DNA of 62,961 bases, filler included, from Collodictyon triciliatum (taxonomy: Eukaryota): NCBI GenBank assembly GCA_043381765.1. It is 4 parts of 4 records of this genome, joined end to end, with 100 filler letters (N's around TTAATTAATTAA, not from the genome) between each part and the next. Parts side by side here need not be neighbours in the genome. Positions count along the whole stretch, not along the records: positions 47,311 to 62,961 come from JBHJMP010001649.1; 3 more parts are not named here. One strand, 5' to 3'. Below the pieces are notes generated by a model, which saw nothing but the letters and a program-made list of their open reading frames with translations, did no database searches and was not told the origin of the DNA. The position numbers were made by a program, and so were the translations under genes. Shown here one piece after another: positions 56,801-62,961 of this stretch. How positions within the stretch are numbered: the stretch's first letter is position 1; every line of letters begins with the position of its first letter.

Positions 56801-58291
56801 TTTTCCAGCGAATCAAGAGTGCACCCACACAAAAGAGGAACAAACAAATCAGTCGAATGGGCAGCAATGTCCAATTCAACTAAGAGTATGAATGTTGAAA
56901 TGATCGTGTTTAATTTTCTGCGTATATCACCCAATCAAAAAAAAATATTCATATACAACTTGTATAATTAAAAATGAGATAAAGACAATATATGTCACAA
57001 AATGATGACTTACATAATATGTATCTGCCACAGTGTAAAAAATGGAAAGCAAGGCACAAACATACGAGAACACCATTAATCTCGGTTGCATTATCTGCAT
57101 CAAATGAAATATTTGAATAAACATCAAACAGATTTGGGCAAAAGGAGTTTACTGCAATCGAGTTTATGCATCCGTCACATTTTAGTCATACATATCGTCA
57201 TACTTATGTAGAATCTTTTTCTTTATAAAAAAAATATATTAATCGACCACACATCAAACAGCATATAGTCAAATAGTCAAATAGTCAAATAGTCAAATAG
57301 ACAAAACAAATAATCAAATAATCAAATGAACAAACAAACAAACAAACAAATAAACACCCCCCACGCATCATGGGCAGAGAAGCCAGAGAATACCTCGTTC
57401 TGTGCAGCGCGGTACTTCTCCTCAACATCGGCATCGGCAAAGACCAGCGCGGATGTGCACCACTGGTCCGAGTCGTGGAGATGGGGATTGTTGGCGGCAA
57501 GAAACGAGGCGGGCAGCAGAGTGGACGATGTGGTCAACGCAGACGCGGCAGACGCGGCAGCAGCAGCAGCAGCAGCGAGTGCGGCACTTGTGTGGTCCGT
57601 GGACGAAACGCTATGCGAGCGGCTCGAGCGGAACACATGCNNNNNNNNNNNNNNNNNNNNNNNNNNNNNNNNNNNNNNNNNNNNNNNNNNNNNNNNNNNN
57701 NNNNNNNNNNNNNNNNNNNNNNNNNNNNNNNNNNNNNNNNNNNNNNNNNNNNNNNNNNNNNNNNNNNNNNNNNNNNNNNNNNNNNNNNNNNNNNNNNNNN
57801 NNNNNNNNNNNNNNNNNNNNNNNNNNNNNNNNNNNNNNNNNNNNNNNNNNNNNNNNNNNNNNNNNNNNNNNNNNNNNNNNNNNNNNNNNNNNNNNNNNNN
57901 NNNNNNNNNNNNNNNNNNNNNNNNNNNNNNNNNNNNNNNNNNNNNNNNNNNNNNNNNNNNNNNNNNNNNNNNNNNNNNNNNNNNNNNNNNNNNNNNNNNN
58001 NNNNNNNNNNNNNNNNNNNNNNNNNNNNNNNNNNNNNNNNNNNNNNNNNNNNNNNNNNNNNNNNNNNNNNNNNNNNNNNNNNNNNNNNNNNNNNNNNNNN
58101 NNNNNNNNNNNNNNNNNNNNNNNNNNNNNNNNNNNNNNNNNNNNNCTCTTGGGACTTAAAAAGTGCTGCTCAGTAGAAGGCTGCATCCTTTGTAACCTAC
58201 ACAAACAAAAAAGAAAGTAAGTCACCCTTTGTGCCAGTTGCCTTGTCATCGAATCACCCTCATCTTGCGAATGTTCGTGGGATTGATTCAT
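50832..58291 (-). CDS. Membrane class III adenylyl cyclase with two TM blocks and two catalytic domains (C1/C2); 5' end uncertain because of a gap
   Basis: C1: TVLFADVVSFT, EKIKTIGDAYM, IRIGIATG, MESTG. C2: TVMFIDI, EKIKTISDAYM, VRIGIHIGPIVGGVVG, YDVWGDAVNIASRMES, VKGKGQMRTY. Hydrophobic TM exons precede each domain. Confidence 0.9.
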
Positions 58292-58938
58292 TCATTCTTC
58301 AATTCATCATACTTTCAATCAATCACAGGAGGATCGACTCTGCGATTGAAGTTCCTTCTTTTTTTCTTTTTTTTCTTTTTTACAATTATTATTATGGTTG
58401 CATCCAATGCTCGACACGATCAAGTTGGCTGGCTTGTGGGGCTGCTACTATTACTGCCTGTTTATCTCCTCGATGCTTTGCTCACAGACGAATGAGGCAC
58501 TTGGGAGAGTGCGATTCTGGTGCCAAAGCAACTAAGTCGGCAGTTTTTGGTGGCGCACAAACTAAGTGCGTTGTGTATCCTCAGATAAGAAAGAAAAATG
58601 AACCGAAGGAACAACAACGACCGGAGTTTATTCTTGCGTCTTCTTTTTTCTTTTCTTCTGTTTGAAACCATTTCTTTATCATAAAACTTTTTTTTATCTT
58701 GCATTTTTTTCTATTCAACTTTCCGTTTCACTTGTCGCTTCTTGTGCGTTTTTTGCTTATCCTTCTCATATCTTTCGTTTAGGGAGTTGTTTATTGGCCG
58801 AACGTCCTCATCAGTTGCACGGGAAAATATACGAAGGAGACGATAGAAACCGAACCTAAGCGATTGCGAGAGGGTCGATGTTAAAAACAGGACAATAGTG
58901 ATTTGCATGAAAGGCACATGGTTCATGCCGGGTACCCT

Positions 58939-60588
58939 TTATTCCTTCTTCTTCCCGATGGCCGCAGTGAGCTTGGCAACATCAATCTGGTCCGGAGCTG
59001 TGAATCGGCCGAGTAAAAAGCCGACAACAACTGAGAGGACAATCATGGCGGAGAGGATAACAAGGGCGTTATTTTGAACCAGTTTCTAATGAGAGTGAGA
59101 TTATTATTCTTCAAATGAAGCCCAAAAAAAGAATACACAATACATTCCTCAGTTTTTGGCTGTTTTGTTTTGTTTTGTTTTGTTTTGTTTTGTTTTGTTA
59201 TTGCTTTTTTTTAAAAAAACGTTCATTTAAGGGGAGAGAAGAATAAAGAAATAAATAAAAGAAAAAGGCCAATCGAATTGAAAAAATAGGTTATGAGCCT
59301 CCTCAGAATTATATATATTTACCAGGATTGGTTCCAGAAAAGCGTTCAAGACTTTCTCAGTAGAGGACCTAAAAGCATATGAGCGGTAAATAAAATTGAA
59401 TTACAGTGCACAGTTGTTAATTGTTTCTCGGATAACTTGATCTGAGGTTCACAACAGGTGAATCTTTATCAGAGCTACGAGACGAATGGACCAAGAGAAA
59501 CGTACGCTGCTTTCCCAGTGGCAGCTGGAGTTGGAGCGGCAGCTGGCGGTGGAGGCGGGATGGAGCCGGGCTTTGGCATGTCCACGCCATCAGAGTGGCT
59601 GTCCGAAAGGACGAAGGAGGTGATGGTGTTTAGGTCTCTTGCTTGGTGGAAGTCATACACTTTGTTGTTCTTGAGCAGCTTGACTGTGGGGTACCCACGG
59701 ACGCCGAATGTTTGGCAGGTTTCTGCAAGGGTAAAAAGAATATGAAAACGTATGGAAGAAAGAGAAGAGAAATAGTCGAATGAACCGCGATGGATATCTG
59801 AAACCGATGAAGAAATAACATCATCATGAATATAGAATGTTCATTCGTAGAGCGATCTTATTTGAAATTCATTTCTTAAACACAACAAAGCTATCGATGC
59901 AACATTTGTGGTATGGAAGAATAAAACAGTGGAAGGCTCAAATCAATACATACGTTGATTCTTTGTGCAGTCGACTTTCACAATAAAAGCTTTTCCTTCA
60001 AGATTGACGCCGACCTGGATGATAGCAAGGGAAAATGCATTTATAGTTGAGTACAATGGTTATAACATCCTAACATAGTAAGGTTAAAAAAACTACACAC
60101 AAGAAACAACAAAAAAAAAACCAATTTTCACACACTTCATCATAGGTAGGAGCGAGTTTCTTGCAGTGTCCACACCACGGTGCAAAGAACTTCACGAGGA
60201 CAGGCTTTCCAGTTGCTTGGAATTCGTTGATCTGGGAAGAATAAAGAAACCGAGCGAGGAAGAGTGTAATTTGTCGTTATGAAATTAATTATTACAATAA
60301 TAACTACATAGAAGGTATTCAGAATCCTACGAAACAACAAGGAATGATTCGATGCGAAATGCTTGAACACAAAGACATAACAAACGTCATATATTAGTTT
60401 TATGCCTCTAGACTAAATAGCTGTATTCTAGTATGCCCTGTTATTGTTTTTATATATAAAAAAGGTGAAATAAAGGAAAGAGCAATAACCTTGCCGAAGA
60501 AGTTTGAGTCTTCCAAGTCGATCACACTTGCATTGGCGCACGCGGCAATCAAAAGGACGAGGCCGATAACAGCAAAGCGGAGAGACAT
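58939..60588 (-). CDS. TMX-type ER membrane thioredoxin/PDI-family protein
   Basis: Signal peptide [20 protein letters not shown], then [21 protein letters not shown] and GVRGYPTV, a Pro/Ala linker, TM helix [20 protein letters not shown] and a C-terminal KKKE dilysine motif. 6 exons. Confidence 0.88.
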
Positions 60589-61335
60589 ATTCACACAAAT
60601 CTGCAGGAACAGAGCATTAGTGATGTTATTATTGACTCCCATGCGCTCGACTGTCTTCTCATATAGAAAGTTTGCAGGGCTTCTGCCTCTGACTTTTGTC
60701 TTCCAAGCTGCTCCGCAGCCGTTCGAGAATGAACCGCTCCAATGATGATGCTACGATCTGATTTATGAGGGGTGTTGTGTCTTTAGGCTTTCGAGACATT
60801 CAATAAATATATCCAATTATGTCGATATTTTTACTTCAGATATTTTTTCGAAAACGAAAAAGGCACTGAAATTTTGCGATGAGTTTCTTAATCAGAACAA
60901 ACTTTGAAAATAATCGGCGTAGACAAGCCAGCGGAAGATAAAATGGAAAATAAAAATGAGAGGAAAACAAAATAGTAACGTGCTTTCAAACTGAATAATA
61001 ATCAAAAGCTTGCCTTCAACTCAGGAGAAGTGTCACGAACATCGTTTGTCTTGTAACTCACTTAGAGTCAAACAGCGAATAGAATCAAGTCACTCGGCTC
61101 TATTCCTAGCACGATCTAGCCCTTAAAAAAAAAAATAGAAAGAAGAAAGGCAGTATCTATGCTCAAAAGAAAAGAAAAGAAAAGCGTGGAGTGATAATCA
61201 AGCAGTATGCCGCTACACAAAACCAAGAGTGCACCCCGCTTTGCTGTCCAGCACAAATCCTGTCGACTAATCAGGCCAAACAAGCTGTCTTTGCAGGGAA
61301 AAGAGTAGTCGAGCCGGCCATCAGTCTGCCTTGGC

Positions 61336-62365
61336 ATGGAGTCTCCCTCAGACATGGATCTGATGACCCGCTGCATGTCGTCCTTCAGCTACAAGATCAA
61401 GAGTGGGAAGCGTTTTTTCCGCTGCCGCAACCAAGAGTGCCAAATGCCTTTCCCCAGCGACTACTCGAGGAAAAATCACGAAAAAGCAGCTCATGATCCG
61501 GAGACTATCCTACAAACACGGGCTCCTACCTCAAACATCGTTGGCATGACCATACGATCCTCAAAGAAGCGCCAGCTGCAAGATCGGTTTGTCTCTGTCG
61601 CCAAAAAAAAAGATAGTATCCCTTCAAAGCCTCATTTAAAGAAAATATGCAGTTTCTTGCCCATTCTATCCAGTACTCTTTTTGTTATTGTTATTTACCT
61701 TCTACTTTTATGATTGTAATTTTATCAAAATATTCAGATCTTCCGTGGGCAGTGCTGAGCATCTTGCGTCAGCCACACCGATGATCCAGGTAAATCAGCA
61801 ACCTTTTCTCTTTTTCTCTTTTTCTCTTTTTCTCTTTTTCTCTTTTTCTCTTTTTCTCTTTTTCTCTTTTTCTCTTTTTCTCTTTTTTATTTTTATTTAT
61901 TTTTATTTTTTATTTTTATTTATTTTTTATTTTTATTTATTTTTGGCTTCTTGCTGTATACCATGTCACTATTTAAAGAAAAATATCTTGGGTATCGCTT
62001 TCATCCATACTTGCAATATGTGGTCTGCATGATGCTTCGAAATTAAACATCTTCATGAAAATCCAGCAACCTCGCCCCATGATGAACTACACGCACTGTG
62101 TAGATGATAGGTCTCACCACGAAATGCAGTCGTCCTCCTCATGCATTTTACCCAGAACACGTAAGTTGCCTTGTTCTTCATGAGAAGGTCAATAGATGCA
62201 CGCACACAATATCTAAAGTCCGAAAAAATATGTGCATTTTTTTATTTTTATTTTTTGCCATTAGGATTGGCAATACCCCCGCCGCTCTATCTCCTGCCTT
62301 CGCAGTTGAGTACCAAACATTATTCGTCAGACTTTGAAAAGGCATCCCATTCTGAGACGGATTAG
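61336..62365 (+). CDS. Small protein with a single C2H2-like zinc finger, 4 exons
   Basis: FRCRNQECQMPFPSDYSRKNHEKAAH (C-x4-C-x12-H-x4-H). Downstream exons join in phase to ...HSETD*. Confidence 0.6.
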
Positions 62366-62961
62366 ACGAACTAGTCCCTTTTTTTTTCCCCTAGTCTGTT
62401 TTTTTATTCAAGCCTCCCAAAAAGGAGCTTATTATGTGCTAGGGCAAACTCTTGTGCGTGGAATCCTCGTTTCTTATCGCCTTTAACACTAGTTTTATTT
62501 GGAAGCGTTAGGTTAGGCAACATCCTAACCCGGTGGCTTATTGACCCTACATTTTAGTGTATACCCGACCCTAGTATCCAGACGCGATGATATTTTGTGC
62601 GAGTGGGAGGCATGGAAGAAATAAATCTGAGAAAAACTATTGTAAATCAGCGCAGCACGAAAGAGTTTTTTTTTTTTTTTCCTCCTTTATTCGATTCAAG
62701 GGAAGGAAGTGCTTTTAGATTTTCAGCATGAAAGAGTTTTGATTAAAGAAGGCTGAGTGGATTTGTTCCAGTCCCTTTTTTTTTTCTTATATTATGTCTT
62801 ATCGTATTTTATTTTTCCGGTGAACACAGCCGGCCAAATACTTAAGACCCGTAAATAGTCTTCGCTCGCCCAGAGGAACTTGACGCAAGTTAAAAAAAAT
62901 AAAAAAAAAAAAAAAAAAAAGGAGGGGGGAAAAAAAAAAAAAAATATTTAAGGGAGAAAAA

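Overview
This is a gene-dense, intron-rich, AT-rich eukaryotic (protist-like) draft scaffold with N gaps, artificial TTAATTAATTAA linkers and many microsatellites. The ORF track is mostly uninformative, so I assembled gene models by hand from splice signals and reading phase. Recognisable genes are a double-hotdog thioesterase, a partial HAUS8/QWRF-like augmin subunit, RanBP1, TAF2, a divergent eIF2-beta-like gene, an LRR+RING E3 ligase, CUL4, a DNAJC11-like gene, a 12-TM two-domain adenylyl cyclase and a TMX-type CGHC thioredoxin. There are also two zinc-finger genes and several orphans, one with a possible velvet/Rel-like domain. The clearest unusual signals concern splicing: a U12-type AT-AC intron and two GC-AG introns in TAF2, plus generally relaxed donor and acceptor motifs. 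All family calls come from remembered motif similarity, not database searches. I found no CRISPR array, rRNA, tRNA or transposon, and no clearly new multi-gene system.
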